Assembly: GCA_964016885.1 (NCBI GenBank)
Contig: OZ024746.1
Location: 29,574,001-29,638,000 of the forward strand
Direction: 5' to 3'
Source of the DNA: Eledone cirrhosa
Taxonomy: Eukaryota
DNA length: 64,000 bases
Shown here: piece after piece, positions 27,985 through 42,949 of the stretch
Numbering within the stretch: the stretch's first letter is position 1
How the letters are laid out: each line of letters starts with the position of its first letter
Made by a program: the position numbers and the translations under genes
Notes under the pieces: model-generated
Seen by the model: the letters and a program-made list of their open reading frames with translations, nothing else
What the model was told of the DNA's origin: nothing
Databases searched by the model: none

Positions 27985-29131
27985 TATATATGTATATATA
28001 AAACCATTATTCAACTGATTTCTCAATAATTATAAAAGGTATTAATAATATATGTTAAAGAACTGCTTCGCCAATGCCTTATAAGTGAAATATGGTAGAA
28101 TTCTGAAAAGGACCGTCGTTTCTATTTATCTAACTATTTATCTATTTATTTCTGTGTGTATTTTTCTCTGTTTCGTTGGTTTTAAGAGACAGGAGTAGAA
28201 GACTGTTTTAACCCCCAGGGGCTGTTGGTACTAAGGCAATGTGAAATGAAATATTTTGCTCCAGAACATAACGAACTGCCTTGTCCAGAAAACGAACCCA
28301 CGGCAATTCGATCGCGAGGCCAACACCCTAATCATTAGGACGTGCGTCTCTACGCTGTTATATTATCATAGGCAGATTCACTGAAATTCTCCCAGAGAAA
28401 GTGATGGGAAACGATATTACTGAACACTAATGATGGTCCTTCGTCAGTTTCGACTACGTGTATTCCAATTGTTTCGATCAACGGAACATCCGGCTTATGA
28501 AATTTACGTGTCAGTAGCTGAGCATTCCATAGACATATGTAATCTTCAGAGAGATTCAGCGTGGCACACTGTGTGGCAAGGTTGACCTTTTGTATTATAG
28601 GTACAGTTCTTCCGAGAGGCCTCCAAACAGTTTCCATCTACGCAATGTCACCGACAAGGCATGGGTCAAATCAACACTACATTAAATGATACTCATCGAA
28701 GATATACTGTGGTATTGAACCGGAAACTTAATGAATGCGAAGCGATCATCTTAACCAATCGGCCATGTTTGCTCCAGGTTTGCTTTCATCGATGCGCATA
28801 ATATCAATATAGATCTTCCGACATAACCTAAATTAGCTCAGCCCAGCTCGGTCAATATTTATGGTAATATTCGGTAAATGAATTCGATAGTATCTAATAT
28901 ATATTACAAAAATTGTTTTCCTAATTCGATTGTGCGAAAGGTTAGAATGTTTAATATGTGATACTTCAATGCAAACTGTTAGAAATAGCAGAAGAAATTT
29001 ATTTCTATGTTTGACCCAAGAGAATACATTTATATAATTCAATAAATTAATAATATGTTATGTATTTTTAACACACTCTGCACGTCTTTATGTAATTTTA
29101 ATATCTAATCTTGCTACAATTTGTGATCGAT

Positions 29132-29460
29132 AGGCACAGGTAGGGCTAAGTGGTTAAGGTATTTTCTTTGCAGCAACGTAGTTCTGAGCTGAAACTTTGA
29201 GCCAATGTCTTCTACTATACGTTGAACAAAGTCTTTGGTGGAAAACCTGGTTGGTGGAACCTGTGTGGGATTGTGCCTGAATATGTGTATGTGCGTGCCT
29301 TTATTTTTGCTTACAAAAACACCGCTTAGAAACCGGTGCTGTTTGTTCATGTCCCACAACTAAGTGGTTCGGCAAATAATGATCGACAAGGGTCGATAAG
29401 ATCACCTAAAGTCCTTTAAGGATGTCCCCCAGCTCGGACACTGTCCAATGACTGATACCA
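29132..29460 (+). mobile_element. Old SINE, family C
   Basis: Head ggctaagtggttaag shared with 31093 and 36410. Confidence 0.5.
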
Positions 29461-31601
29461 ACAATGAGTATTCATCGAACACTATTTCGAACTTTTTAGT
29501 AAATCCTGATCAATGCTGTTTTTTTTTACAGTATATATGACTACCCTATATAACACTGCCTGTTCTTATTTGTGGTGGTATGGTGGGATTTCAAAAGAGT
29601 TTACTAGCTTTTCTTATAAAGTTATGCGACCGCGTAGATAGAGATATGAAATGCCTTACCACGGGCGAAATTTGGTTTGAACACACATATGTTAAACTAT
29701 CCATTAGACCAAATCAGTCATTTTTTTTTGTCTAATGTGGTATGTATAGGATAGGTCAGTTTCAGTTTAGATGCAAGGCGAATATGTGTTTGGTGATTGA
29801 GTTAGTTTGGGATCACGTTATTGGAGTTTATATTAGGGCAATTAACAGTTATGATTGTATAAAATATGGATTTGTAATCTTAATGATTCGTTTTATGATC
29901 CCTGCTATTGATATTAAAAAAGTTCCCCACTTCTGGGCTTCACTTGATTGCACATTGCTGGTGGGTGTATTTTAAATTGTTTCTCCCAAGTCAAGTATGA
30001 CTGACCACACCTGTCTTCAAAGTTATTTTATACAGACTATCCTATTTTCTTTTAACGAATCAATAGCTAATTTATTGTGTAGAGTCATACCCGAGTGAGC
30101 AATGAGGGCTTCCATTATCTAATCCCTTTTTCAAGACATTAAGGCTGGATTTTTTTTTTTTTTTTTCATTTTATGAAAATTTGGCTGCTATTTTTATCAT
30201 GTCGAGGGACCACGTAGGAAGATCCCTCTTTGGTTTGTTTGATGTTTGTAAAAGCTTCCGGTGTTTGAAATATTAATTATCTTAACAGCTTAGCAATGTT
30301 CTGACATGACATATAGTAATTTTGAGAGCGATAGTTAGCAGTTTTGAATAAAATACAGGCAAATATTAGCGGATGTCTGACTCGGATATTCTATAGCCAT
30401 TACTCAGGATTGAAGTAGCGAGAGAAAGAGGGAGAGGGACAGAGAGAAAGAGAGAGAGGGGGATGTCAGACAGACTGAGGGGGAAGGAGTTTGTATCACT
30501 GTAACAATGTTGAAACAGTCTCAGGTATCTCTCTCCTCTCTATATATATTATATAAATGTATTTTTTCTCTCCCTCTATTTATCACACACATACACGCGT
30601 GTGTGTGTGTGTGTGATTGTGTGTATGTGTGTGAGTGTGTGTGTGTGAGTGTGTGTGTGTGTGAGTGTGTGTATATATATATATATATATTATACAATTA
30701 TTAACGTTTCTCATTTATCATGACCATTTAGAAATATAATTGGTGTAGATGAAACTCCAATTTGAAGATGTTACATGCTTGATAAAGCAATTGTGCAATT
30801 TGATTAATCAGTCTTGCGGAAATCTATTGAACTGTTAAACAGAAGCAAGTAAGATCGAATCAAACCTGTTTGGATATCTATTAACGGATTATCAAGAAAA
30901 ACATGTATTATTGATGACATCGCTAACTTGTCTCAACTGTAAATAACTCAGTTATATTTACATGAAAGATTCGATTAATTGGTGAGTTGAGCTGAGTATG
31001 TTAATAATGTTCGTTTGTAAAATATTTCTCAAGACTGATATTATCCAATTGTTCTTCGTGTAACGATTAAATGAATAGATATCGGTTGAAGGAGGCGTGG
31101 CTAAATGGTTAAGAAGTTTGCTTGGCAAATCTACGTTTCTGTTAAACGTTACTGTAACACTATGTGGGACACATTTTAAAAGTGCTATTTGACTTGGGGA
31201 GATATCTGGTAGTTTGTATAGTGTGATACATATATATATATATATATTAGAAAAGGGAAGTAAGGTTCTATACAAAACAGTGGATATAGAGAAAAGGTGA
31301 AGTTGGAAATAGCACGGAAAATATATTTTAGGGTCTGTTTTTTCTTTTTTTTTTTCCTTTCTTTGATTCGTCAAAGATGACATTATTGGAAAATTGAGAA
31401 GGGCAATTCTTTTTTAAAAAAAATTATAATGTATATAAAGTATATAAAGTATTACAGGTTTCGATGTATTATTAAAATTCATCTTATCAAATATTGAGTA
31501 TTACTATTAAAAAGAATTAATAAGAATTAAAAACTAAATATTAAAGATTTAAAATTAAGTGTTGGAGTAAGTTTTTTTCCCATCTTCCTTGCTCAGAAAG
31601 G

Positions 31602-31683
<82 letters not shown>

Positions 31684-31904
31684 GACCAATTCCTACTGAT
31701 GAGAGAAATCTTAGTCTTACGATACTAATTACCAAGATGGGTATGGGTGGTTGATACTAATTGCTAAGATTGGTGGTTTACGTCTTTTCTCCTATTTCCT
31801 GAAACAAATCTGTATCAGACATTTTAGGAACTTTAAATTTACAATCTAAAGTAAGTATATCTTACAATTTAATTGTTCTCTATATGTACATATGTGGCGC
31901 CTAT

Positions 31905-32232
31905 TTTTCAAGCCGCTTCGAGTGAATTCACCCCGATGGACTTTGTGAAATCAACGTTGCACAGTACGTTCATTAACTCTTGCTTGGCCCCAAACTGTAT
32001 TGATGTATCTAGCTGCTTGCTAGAATGTATTTTGCGAAAAATCTGTTTTGATATCTTAAATTCAAAGATCGAAAAATTGATTACAATGCAACTTATATTA
32101 AAAACAAATTAATCAGAATGAATGAACATCAAAAAGCTTCCAAATGGTACATAATTGTACAAATCTTGTGGGAGTTTGTGGTCATAAAAGTCAATAAACA
32201 CATGAAACCTATATTTCTTTCTGAACAACCTA
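31905..32232 (-). mobile_element. mariner 5' fragment with TIR
   Basis: AARYINTVWGQARVNERTVQR*FHK; TIR TA-ttaggttgttcagaaag. Confidence 0.7.
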
Positions 32233-33524
32233 ATATATATATATATATATATATGTATATACATATATATATATATATATATACAAGAAGGACGTGTAAT
32301 ATATTTTTCAACCGGAGCTCATATTAAACAGAAATCCAGGCCAATATAGCCTATATGGCAATTTAGATAATTCTCTATTTATCTGAAAGATAGCTTCACT
32401 ATTTACCTGAAACTTATTCATCTAATTCATAAAGTAACAAAGAATCAGTTTTATTTCTTATCCAGTGAAATGTAAAATTGTTTTGTCGTATTTTTCTTCA
32501 TAGGGCTGTTGAAAACTAAATTATATTTTTTATTCAGTAGACCTAGGGATAATTAATGCAATTACGGATAATGGTTTTTTTTTTTTTCGTGGTTTAGTCT
32601 TCATCGAATATAAGGAGTTCCGTACGTAAACAACCAACATTTCTTTCAAACACAAAACACAGAACATCAACATATGCATTATGCGAAATGGATATACAGT
32701 AATTAAAAAATGTGATGCAGCTGAGAAAATATAGCCACTGGTATTCCGACGACATACTGTTGTCCTCATTGCCAAATGCTAGAATGTCATATAGTCTCAA
32801 AAAGTTTGGAACCAAAAGGAAAAATATTTCGCTACTTATTCCACATTGTGAAGGACATATGGGTTAGAGTTAGGTGTGTTAGACTCACTACCATATGACA
32901 ATGGTTTAGTTACGTTGTATTCTCGAGCAAGACATTTAATTTCAGGAGGATTCTCACAATATGACTGAGACGCCTACAATTAAAACACACGGGAGATCTC
33001 TTTGAGATGCAGCCCCATAGGAGGTGAGATGAACCTCCACAGGTGTGAGTTTTAATAACATGATATGACTGGATACGCTATCATTAAAACACAGAGGAAA
33101 CCTCCTATGAGATATCTCGTAGAAGGTCAATTAAACCTATATGGTGTGAGTTGTAAATATAATTTCCAACATAAATTCCTAACTGCATTCCTCCTCAAAT
33201 ACATGAAATACAATTATCTAGATATTCAACACTCCGTAGGGACATCATAGATATGACACAACACCTACATTGGCATGCGGTATTTTACGTAATATATGGT
33301 TAACATTCGAAGGAGAAAGTATATATATATAATAGTAAAAAGGAAAAGAAAATTCTGACAAATTTTTCCCAGTGAAAAATAGTTTAATTAGGAATAAGTA
33401 AAAAATTAGTAATAAGTATTAGTTAGTATTCAGTTGACCTCTCAACATGACTGCAACTCACACACGTACACACACATTCCTACTGACCGATTCATTTCCA
33501 TTATCACAACAATGAACCACTTTG

Positions 33525-33620
<96 letters not shown>

Positions 33621-34102
33621 TTGTCTTAATAAACACCTGAACTGTTGACCTCTCAACATGACTGCAACTCAATCAAACGGAAAAGGACACTGTTCGACAA
33701 ACCTACATTTGACGCGAAAGCAGTTTGCGCTAAAATCATTTTAAACATTCACGTGACTTCTACCGACCAATCAAAATTGTTTTGAGTACAATAATTTTTG
33801 CAACACGAATTGGCACGAAATTGATAGTGCTTATTCAACAACCAACCAAATCTTAATACCTCCCAAGCCACTTTTTTCACATAAAACAGGAAGAATTTCC
33901 AAAACTGATCAGATTAGAGAAAAAATCACGAGCACTCTATCTGAAATTTATTTTTTAAAAGCATAAGAAATGCACAACCGGTAAAAAATTAAAACTAAAA
34001 CTGAATACTAACTAATTCCTAATTAAACTATTTTTAACTGGGAAAAATTTGTCAGCATTTTCTTTTCCTTTTTACTAATATATGACAACTCGTGTATCAC
34101 AC

Positions 34103-34161
<59 letters not shown>

Positions 34162-34201
34162 CGATATTAACAAATGGAAACTATATTTATAAAACCATAT
34201 T

Positions 34202-34266
34202 TATTTTATTATACATATTTCAAGGACACCACGTTAAATTATGGTGTGCTTTCATCAGACAAAATA
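34202..34266 (-). ncRNA. Type I HHR (antisense arm)
   Basis: Reverse complement of 34426-34490. Confidence 0.8.
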
Positions 34267-34425
34267 CAATATAGATCAGTTTAATAAATAAATATTGACA
34301 TACCCTTAAAAAATGCAACCATTACTGTTGGAAGCTCCCGGATAGTCTACCCGGGAGCTTCCAACAGTAATGGTTGCATTTTTTAAGGGTATGTCAATAT
34401 TTATTTATAAAAATGATCTATATTG

Positions 34426-34490
34426 TATTTTGTCTGATGAAAGCACACCATAATTTAACGTGGTGTCCTTGAAATATGTATAATAAAATA
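34426..34490 (+). ncRNA. Type I HHR
   Basis: tattttgt CTGATGA aag-c-acacca..tggtgt-c-ctt GAAA tatgta TA ataaaata. Confidence 0.85.
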
Positions 34491-35882
34491 AATATGGTTT
34501 TATAAATATAGTTTCCATTTGTTAATATCGTATGTTTACTCCAAATATTTGTTGAGTGCTTTATATCAGTTATAAAAATATTTGCTTGTTGTATCCCAAC
34601 AATTTAAATAGAACTTTTGCATATATAATATATATATATATATATATATTTGAAAGAATAGAGGTGTAACACACGAGTTATGATATATTGGTAAAAGGAA
34701 AAGAAAATGCTGACAAATTGTTCCCTGTGAAAAATAGTTTAATTAGGAATAAGTAAAAATTAGTAATAGTATTGGTTAGTATTCAGTTTTGGTTTTAAGT
34801 TTTACTGGTTGCGCATTTCTAATGCTTTTCAAAAATAATTTTGAGATAGAGCGCCCGTGATGTTTGCTCTAATCTGATTAGTTTTGGAAATTCTACCTGT
34901 TTTATGTAAAAAAAAGTGGCTCCAGATGTATGAAAAAATTCTTGTGGTCAAAACAATTTTGATTTTGTCGGTAGAGGTCACTCATACATATTTGTCTTGA
35001 AAGACTTATTTTTCAGTGACTTCTCAATCAGCTGAGACAAACCTACATTTGGCGCAAAATCAATTTTTAACATTCACATGACCTCTACCGACCAATCAAA
35101 ATTGTTTTCACTGGGAACAATTTGTCAGCATTTTCTTTTCCTTTTACCAATATATATATGTATATATATATATATTAGTGTGTGTGTGTCTGTGTATAAT
35201 TTCACATACGTGAAATGTTATGAATTTACGCAAGGTTTTCTGAAGTTTTGTTTTATAAATTTGCCTTCACATAATATTTGAACAAAAAGTATTTCTCAAG
35301 AAATTTCACCACACTTTTCGTATTTAAATAAACTTCAAAGGTAAAATAGAATTCTTGAAATGTAAACAAATATTAATAACAAGTAAAACATATCTTTGAT
35401 TTAATTTCGCAAGAATTTACGGTCCAATAAACATATTATGCTATCCCAAAATTGATATGAAAAATGTTTGAGATGGCATTTGAAGTGTCAACGGTATGTT
35501 GATATAAGTTTTAGAAGATAAAATACTGGCTAATATACTATTCAATAACGAGATACATTCTAGATAATTGTCGAAAACATTATAGGAGATTCTCAGTGAA
35601 GGATAATTAAGAATGTAAATACGTTATCGATATTTGTTTAAGCCAAAATCTATCTTGTTTGAAGTAATGGGAATATTTTTATAGAACCAAACCTAGATAA
35701 GAAGTTTGCAAAAGCCAAAAAAAAAAAAAAATAAATTAAAAAAAAAAAATAATGACACAAATATTTGTTTAAAGTTCAACATTTTATTACCGAGAAAAGT
35801 GTAATATATTTTCCTTGCGGATATTAAAGTACGCTCTGTTAGAATAAAATATTTATAGACATAGTTTAGGTTTTGACAAACA

Positions 35883-35941
<59 letters not shown>

Positions 35942-35997
35942 AGTCCAGAAATAGCCGTCGAAACGGCTTGAGCTCAGCCGTCGGGGTCCTACTCGTT

Positions 35998-36055
<58 letters not shown>

Positions 36056-36502
36056 AGTTCAGATCTAGTAATCTTGGTAGTTAGGGTTAATATTTATAAT
36101 AGTATAAATAGTATAAATACATATTATTTCTCGAAAGAAACTTAGCGAAATATATATTTATTCAATTTACTGAAACGTCATAGCTTATGTGCCTCGCTCT
36201 GAATATTAAAACATTTGTAACTTAGCGAAGTGACAAGTAGAGATAGATGAAATATTTGCTTTACTGAAATGAATGTCGATCAACTAAAACCCACATGCAG
36301 ACATCGTTACTATAGTCCAGTGATTGAATTTATTTAGAGAATAAAATATGTATAAAATATGAGGTTTATTTCTTACAAGACATCTTAAAACGAGCATCAT
36401 GGGTGATAGTATTGCTGTGTGTTTAACGAGTTCATTAAGCAAACACGTTGTTTCGGGTTCACTTCTTCCGTGTGGCACCTTCTGCAAGTGTCTTGAAGTG
36501 TT

Positions 36503-36930
36503 ACTTCGATCGAGAGAGTATTTCAGATTTGTCTTTATATTGGATTGTACTATCAGAAGATAGAACTGGATATGACCTGCTCTCACTCGGATCATACACC
36601 GCCTTCAGATTATTATAAAAAGCCGTTGAGTCCTTTTTATCAGCGGTGTCTTGTACACCAGCTACTTTAGCTGCCCACCAGACATCCATTTTTCTAAGTG
36701 ATGATTGTGCTGCTGCTTACAGTTTATATAGGCTTTATTTTTAGTTGTTGAGTTTTTATCTCCAATCAAAAGCCTGTGTAGGTTATATATCTTGGTGATG
36801 AGATTCTGGACATCTGAGTTCCTTTCACAAACCAGTCCTGGTACTTGCTAATAAGAAATGTTACTATTTCTACGGAGGCTGCATAGGTGGCATCTTTGAT
36901 TAACGAAACAAGAGTCTGATGAGCATTTGA
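36503..36930 (-). pseudogene. RTE LINE fragment (EN-RT linker)
   Basis: KYQDWF; WWAAKVAGVQDTADKKDSTAFYNNLKAVY..VLSSD..DKSEILSR. Confidence 0.8.
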
Positions 36931-37132
36931 TTCTGGAATCGGTCCCGATCGATACAGATCGAACCATGAGGTGATCAATAGAAAAACGCGTGTCACACCT
37001 GAATAAACTCAATGAAGATACTCTGACATGACATCTCGTTCCTACTTTATATATATATATATACACATATATATATATATATATATATATAAGGTGAAAT
37101 AATTGTTTTCTCTCTCTCGCTCTCTCTCTCTC

Positions 37133-37171
<39 letters not shown>

Positions 37172-37828
37172 ATATACATATATATATATAAAAATAAACA
37201 AACCGAACATTATAATAAATGTTCGGTAAACCCATACGTACATATATATATGTGTGCATGTATGTATATATATACATACTACTGTACGTCTGTATACATA
37301 TATGTATGTACATATACATACTTACATTTAAGTATCAGCCGTACTAAGAGTGAGAAATGAAATTTCTTCCATTCTTTTCCATATATATACATATATATAT
37401 ATATAAACACGTGTGTGCGTATATCTCCCATGAATTAGTAATTTGAGAAAACAGATCGAAGTAATATATTTAGTGGGATCGATATGATCGGCTAAATACG
37501 TTTAAAGCGATGCTGCCCCAGCATAGGCGTAGTTTTAGCCTGAAAAGCCTGTAAATAAATACACACTCGTGTCCATCCGAGAGATTGCAGTGTTGGCCTG
37601 CGTTGATAAAGCTATCAACATATCGCCTCCACTTGGATTAATCGATCTCAAATTCAGACAACACAGTAGCATATCAATCAATCAATTATTGTTTTATCTA
37701 TTGAAGAATGATCGATAATGTATTACTGACCGATCATATCGCTAGAGATAGGAACATATCGTTTGAAAAGGCATGATGGATTGCACAAATGTAACAGGTC
37801 TTTACGATAGAATATAAGCAACGTACTA

Positions 37829-39400
37829 ATGGTGGTCGTGATGGTAATGGTGGTAGTAGTGGTGGTGGTGGTTGTGGGGATGGCTGTGTTGTTGGTACTG
37901 GTGGTGGTGGTGGTGGGGGGGGGGGTTGTGGTGGTTGTGGTGGTGGTGGTTGTGGTAATGGTGGTAGTAGTGGTGGTGGTGGTTGTGGGGATGGCTGTGT
38001 TGTTGGTACTGGTGGTGGTGGGGGTGGGGGTTGTGGTGGTTGTGGTGGTGGTGGTTGTGGTGGTGGTGGTGGTTGTGGTGGTGGTGGTAGTTGCGGTGGT
38101 GGTGGTGGTGGTGGTGGTGGTGGTGGTACTGGTGGTGGTGATGGCTGTGTTGTTGGTACTGGTAGTGGTGGTAGTTGTGGTGGTGTTGGTGGTGGTGGTA
38201 CTGGTGGTGGTGGTGATGGCTGTGTTGTTGGTACTGGTGGTGGTGGTGGTAGTTGTGGTGGTGTTGGTGGTGGCAGTGGTGGTAGTGGTGGTAGTGGTGG
38301 TGGTGGTACTGGTGGTGGTGGTGATGGCTGTGTTGTTGGTACTGGTGGTAGTTGTGGTGGTGTTGGTGGTGGTAGTGGTGGTAGTGGTGGTGTTGGTGTT
38401 GGTGGTGGTGGTGGTACTGGTGGTGGTGATAGCTGTGTTGTTGGTACTGGTGGTGGTGGTGGTAGCTGTGGTGGTGTTGGTGGTGGCAGTGGTGGTAGTG
38501 GTGGTAGTGGTGGTGGTGGTACTGGTGGTGGTGGTGATGGCTGTGTTGTTGGTACTGGTGGTAGTTGTGGTGGTGTTGGTGGTGGTAGTGGTGGTAGTGG
38601 TGGTGTTGGTGTTGGTGGTGGTGGTGGTACTGGTGGTGGTGATAGCTGTGTTGTAGGTACTGGTGGTGGTGGTAGTTGTGGTGGTGGTGTTGGTGGTGGT
38701 GGTGCTGGTGGTGCTGGTGGTACTGGTGGTGGTGATAGCTGTGTTGTAGGTACTGGTGGTGGTGGTAGTTGTGGTGGTGGTGTTGGTGGTGTTGGTGTTG
38801 GTGGTGGTGGTGGTACTGGTGGTGGTGATAGCTGTGTTGTAGGTACTGGTGGTGGTGGTAGTTGTGGTGGTGGTGGTGGTGGTGATAATACCGGCAGTGG
38901 AGATGGTGTTGTTGGTGATGGTTGTGATGGTGATCGCGTAACTGGTGGTAGTAGTAGTGGTAGGGATGGCTGTGCTGTTGGTACTGGTGGCTATCTTGAT
39001 GTAGGCGGTGATGGTGGTGGTATAATTGACAGTGGTGATGTCAATGTTGGTGGAGTTTGTTGTTTTGTCGATAGTAGTGGTTGTGGTGATGATGATCACA
39101 ATGGTGATGTTGGGGTGGTGCTGATGGCTAAGCTGGTGATTGTAATGATGATCTTTGTGGTGGCTTCCTTGATGATGGTGATGTTATTGGTGGTGATGGT
39201 TGTGAGATGATAGCGGCCGTGGTGGTCGTATCTTAATGCTGATGTATTGTTGCTGGTGGTGGCGGGCGGGGATAATGGTGCTGGTGTTGATTGCGATGAT
39301 GGTTATCATAATAATGATGGTGATAACTATTGTGGTATTGAAAGGGATAATAGTAATATGATAATTATGATCATAATAATCCTGTTATTGGGGATGACGA
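37829..39400. repeat. (GGT)n-based minisatellite with recurrent gatggctgtgttgttggtact unit
   Basis: Direct reading; gives poly-Thr and poly-Val ORFs. Confidence 0.9.
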
Positions 39401-40504
39401 TTATATCGACGACAAAACAAAACGCCTCCTTCGACTTGTAATTTAGTTAATCGACCCTCGTGAGGATGAAAGGTAAATTCTGCTTCCACTGGATTTAAAC
39501 ACGGATAATCGAGGAGGAACGAATGTTCCAATGTATTCTATCCGACACTAGAAAAACTATTGCTATTTGAACATGGACGGAAATAAATCTATGGAAATCT
39601 GGAAGTCCTCTTGGACTCATAGAGCCGCCGTTGTACATGTGCCGTCTCGGGAATTTAGTTCTGGTGGAGCCTATCACTCTCCAGGTTGGAACACAACAGA
39701 GTTCTTTCTGAAAAGGAGGGTGAAAGAGAGACAGGGGAAAAATAGACCCCAGTTCTCTTTGACTGGTACGTATTTTTCAACATCGAAAGGGTGAAAAAGC
39801 AGTCGATCTTGATAGAAATCGAACTTAGAGCACAGAGAGCCGGAAATGATACTGCGAAACACTCTATCCGACCCGACATTTCAAACTATTTTCCCAGACG
39901 CCGCATGTAAGATGACTACATGAAATTAATTATATCCAAGTTTCAGCTTGGATATAATTAATTTAAACTTTAAATACACACCGAACTATAGTAGTATTTG
40001 TATCATAATTTTCAAACACGTGCAAGTTTTATCATAAAAACTTTTATAAAAAAGTTGAAAGCGCAAAACTGGAAAAGAAATGTCTTTATTACCACAAGTT
40101 AATAAATAAGCAATTAGAAATTAATGCAACAAATTTATGGATTTGTCATAAATGTTACATATATTAAATGAAATACAGAATCTTTAATATGAGAACATTT
40201 TTTCTAACCAGGCATATGTTTGTGTGTGTGCGTGAGAGAGTGAGAGGAGGAGAGGGGGGAGAGAGGGAGGGAGGAGTATAGAAGAGAGAGAGATGAAGGG
40301 AGGGAGAGAGGGGAGAGAGAGATGGAGGGAGGGAGAAAGGAGAGAGAGGGAGATGTAGACTATTTCATACTGCTTCTGTTAAATGCACTATGGTATTTCT
40401 CGTGAGGTCCCTTTGCTTTTAGTTACCACGTATACAAATATAATGCTTTTAATCGAAGGATAAAACGTGCACACACACAAGCAAACACACACACACACAC
40501 ACAC

Positions 40505-40588
<84 letters not shown>

Positions 40589-40714
40589 TACTCTATTACT
40601 GGAAAAATGCCATCCACTACCAGCTCCTCCCACCGAATACCAGTATAACCTCTGACGTCTATTGCCAACAACTCGAGATATTAACGGTGAATATCTTACA
40701 GTTATACCTACACC

Positions 40715-41074
40715 ATGGTCCTATTCGGTGCCTATATGATAACGTTCGACCGCAAACATCAAGGATGCCCCGATGCAACCTAGCTGCTGGAGCTAGGTTG
40801 GGAGTATTCGCCCGCCCTCGTGTCTGCAGACCATCATCTTTTTCTCTCAATGAGCAATGCAATGCAATCAAGTTAAATCAGTAGTTGACGGAACTCTTTA
40901 CATTTAGGACAGAAGAATTCTACAGTGATTGAATCATGTGCCTTCCTAAACGATGGTAGATAGTAATTGCAGATGATGGTGATTATTTTGACTGGTAAAC
41001 TTTTCTTAATGTTAAAAAAGGCCCAAGTCAACACAAATTTGCAGCATGACGAGAACTTTCTGTCTAACCTAATA
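40715..41074 (+). mobile_element. mariner 3' fragment with TIR
   Basis: GPI..YDNVRP (HDNARP-like); EFYSD*IMCLPKRW*IVIADDGDYFD; actttctgtctaacctaa-TA. Confidence 0.75.
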
Positions 41075-41816
41075 CTTAAAATATTCAAGTATTTACTGAA
41101 TGAGACACTAATACGTGTAAGTAGAGCGTAGATCATATTTTAGGAATATAAAAGTGGCAGTAACTTCGAGGTTTTAATTTGTTCACTTGAAGTATGTTTG
41201 AAATACATTTTTCTTAGCTGACGTCTATTGAAAAGGTTGCAGCAACAACCACAGCAATTTTCTACATAGACAGAAATTGTAGTAGGCAGCCTAGGGACAG
41301 TATGACAATAGGTATTCAAGTGAGCCACATTCGAGCCGCTGAGCCACATTCGAGTCATGACTCATGTATAAAATTTGGAAGCAGGACTGTATAAAAGACA
41401 GATTCAACCGATTTAAACTCTGAATGTAAAAATACGTTAACAAATTACTTTAAAGTATCCAGAAACAAAATCTACTGTCTTTTCCTTCTCTCCTTGATAT
41501 CTTGTTAAAAGTAAGGTTATATGGTAAACACATCAAAAATATATAATAATGAGTAAATAAAAAAAAAAGAAACGAAATATAAATTTTATTTTACAAAAAC
41601 CGAAACGAAAACATTTACCAGCAGTATATAGAATGTATAAAATGTATAGAAGAAACTTCTCTCTACAATTATCTTTCCATGGCAGATGCAAAGAAAAGCA
41701 GACAATTTGTTTATAAAAAAAGCAAGACTGTAAATATAGTATTTTAGCTTCTATAGATTCTTTTCTATTTTGTTCTTTACACACACACATACCTTCAAAT
41801 GTATGTATATGTATGC

Positions 41817-41944
<128 letters not shown>

Positions 41945-42019
41945 TTGTGAATATGTGGGTGGATATATAGATATATATATATCCACCCACATATTCACAA
42001 CCACACACACACTCGCACA

Positions 42020-42050
<31 letters not shown>

Positions 42051-42949
42051 CCACCCACATATTCACAACCACACACACACTCGCACATATATATATATAT
42101 ATCCATGCATACATATACATACATATGTGTGTGTGAGAGAGAGCGCGCGGTCTTATGTGTGTATTTCCTATTTGGAAATCTTTTTTACCCTCCGATTCAT
42201 ATATGTGAAGGATTTTAAGTCTTCAATAATTTTGTAGAAAAACAAAATCCTGCTGCAAACTAAATCGGAGGACCTACATTGATCATAACTAATGTTTAGT
42301 GAAAAATAATCTATTACCTATTCACAAGAAATAAACTAAGAATTAACATAACATACGTATACACACTCACACATATATATATATATATATGTATAGTATG
42401 TGTGTGTGTGCGTTGGTTCATACGTACATACCTTAGTATATAACTATGGTGACTCGGTGTATTATTAGTATATATAAATACTATATTGGTATAGATGGAG
42501 ACGACGACTAAAAAGAAATAGCATGATACAAATAGATGAAGTGCCATTTTACTTTGTTTCATTTATTGAATTTCAGAATGCTTCTTTTGTTGATAATTTT
42601 CTTTTGGAAGTAATCTTATATATTATATATTTATGGATCGTTTGTTTAAACTTGAAACTTTAATCTATGCAGATGGCCAGGTTAATGTAAAGATAATTCT
42701 TACATATGTGTGCATTAAAAAAAGTAATAATGATATTGTTGAATATCGGATAATTTCCATTTCATTATATAGATTTTATTTCATACGTTTTTAAAATTTA
42801 ATTATAACGAAGAAATCTCATTCCGATCATTGAAATAATTTCTGCTTGGTTTAAAGTGATTTTCGTGAGACGGCAACGGCGGTGAATTGTGAAGGTGGTG
42901 AGGTGAATTGTTCACGTGGTGTGCTGAATTAGAGGAATCAAAAATTGGA

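Larger units (their letters stand above)
34160..34532. repeat. Near-perfect palindrome (~182-bp arms) of a Penelope pLTR-like fragment
   Basis: 34160-34341 vs 34351-34532. Confidence 0.9.
33334..35150. repeat. Two rearranged, mutually inverted copies of an unclassified repeat
   Basis: 33754-34078 inverted to 34688-34981; 33334-33434 direct to 34690-34787; 33696-33786 direct to 35036-35110. Confidence 0.8.
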
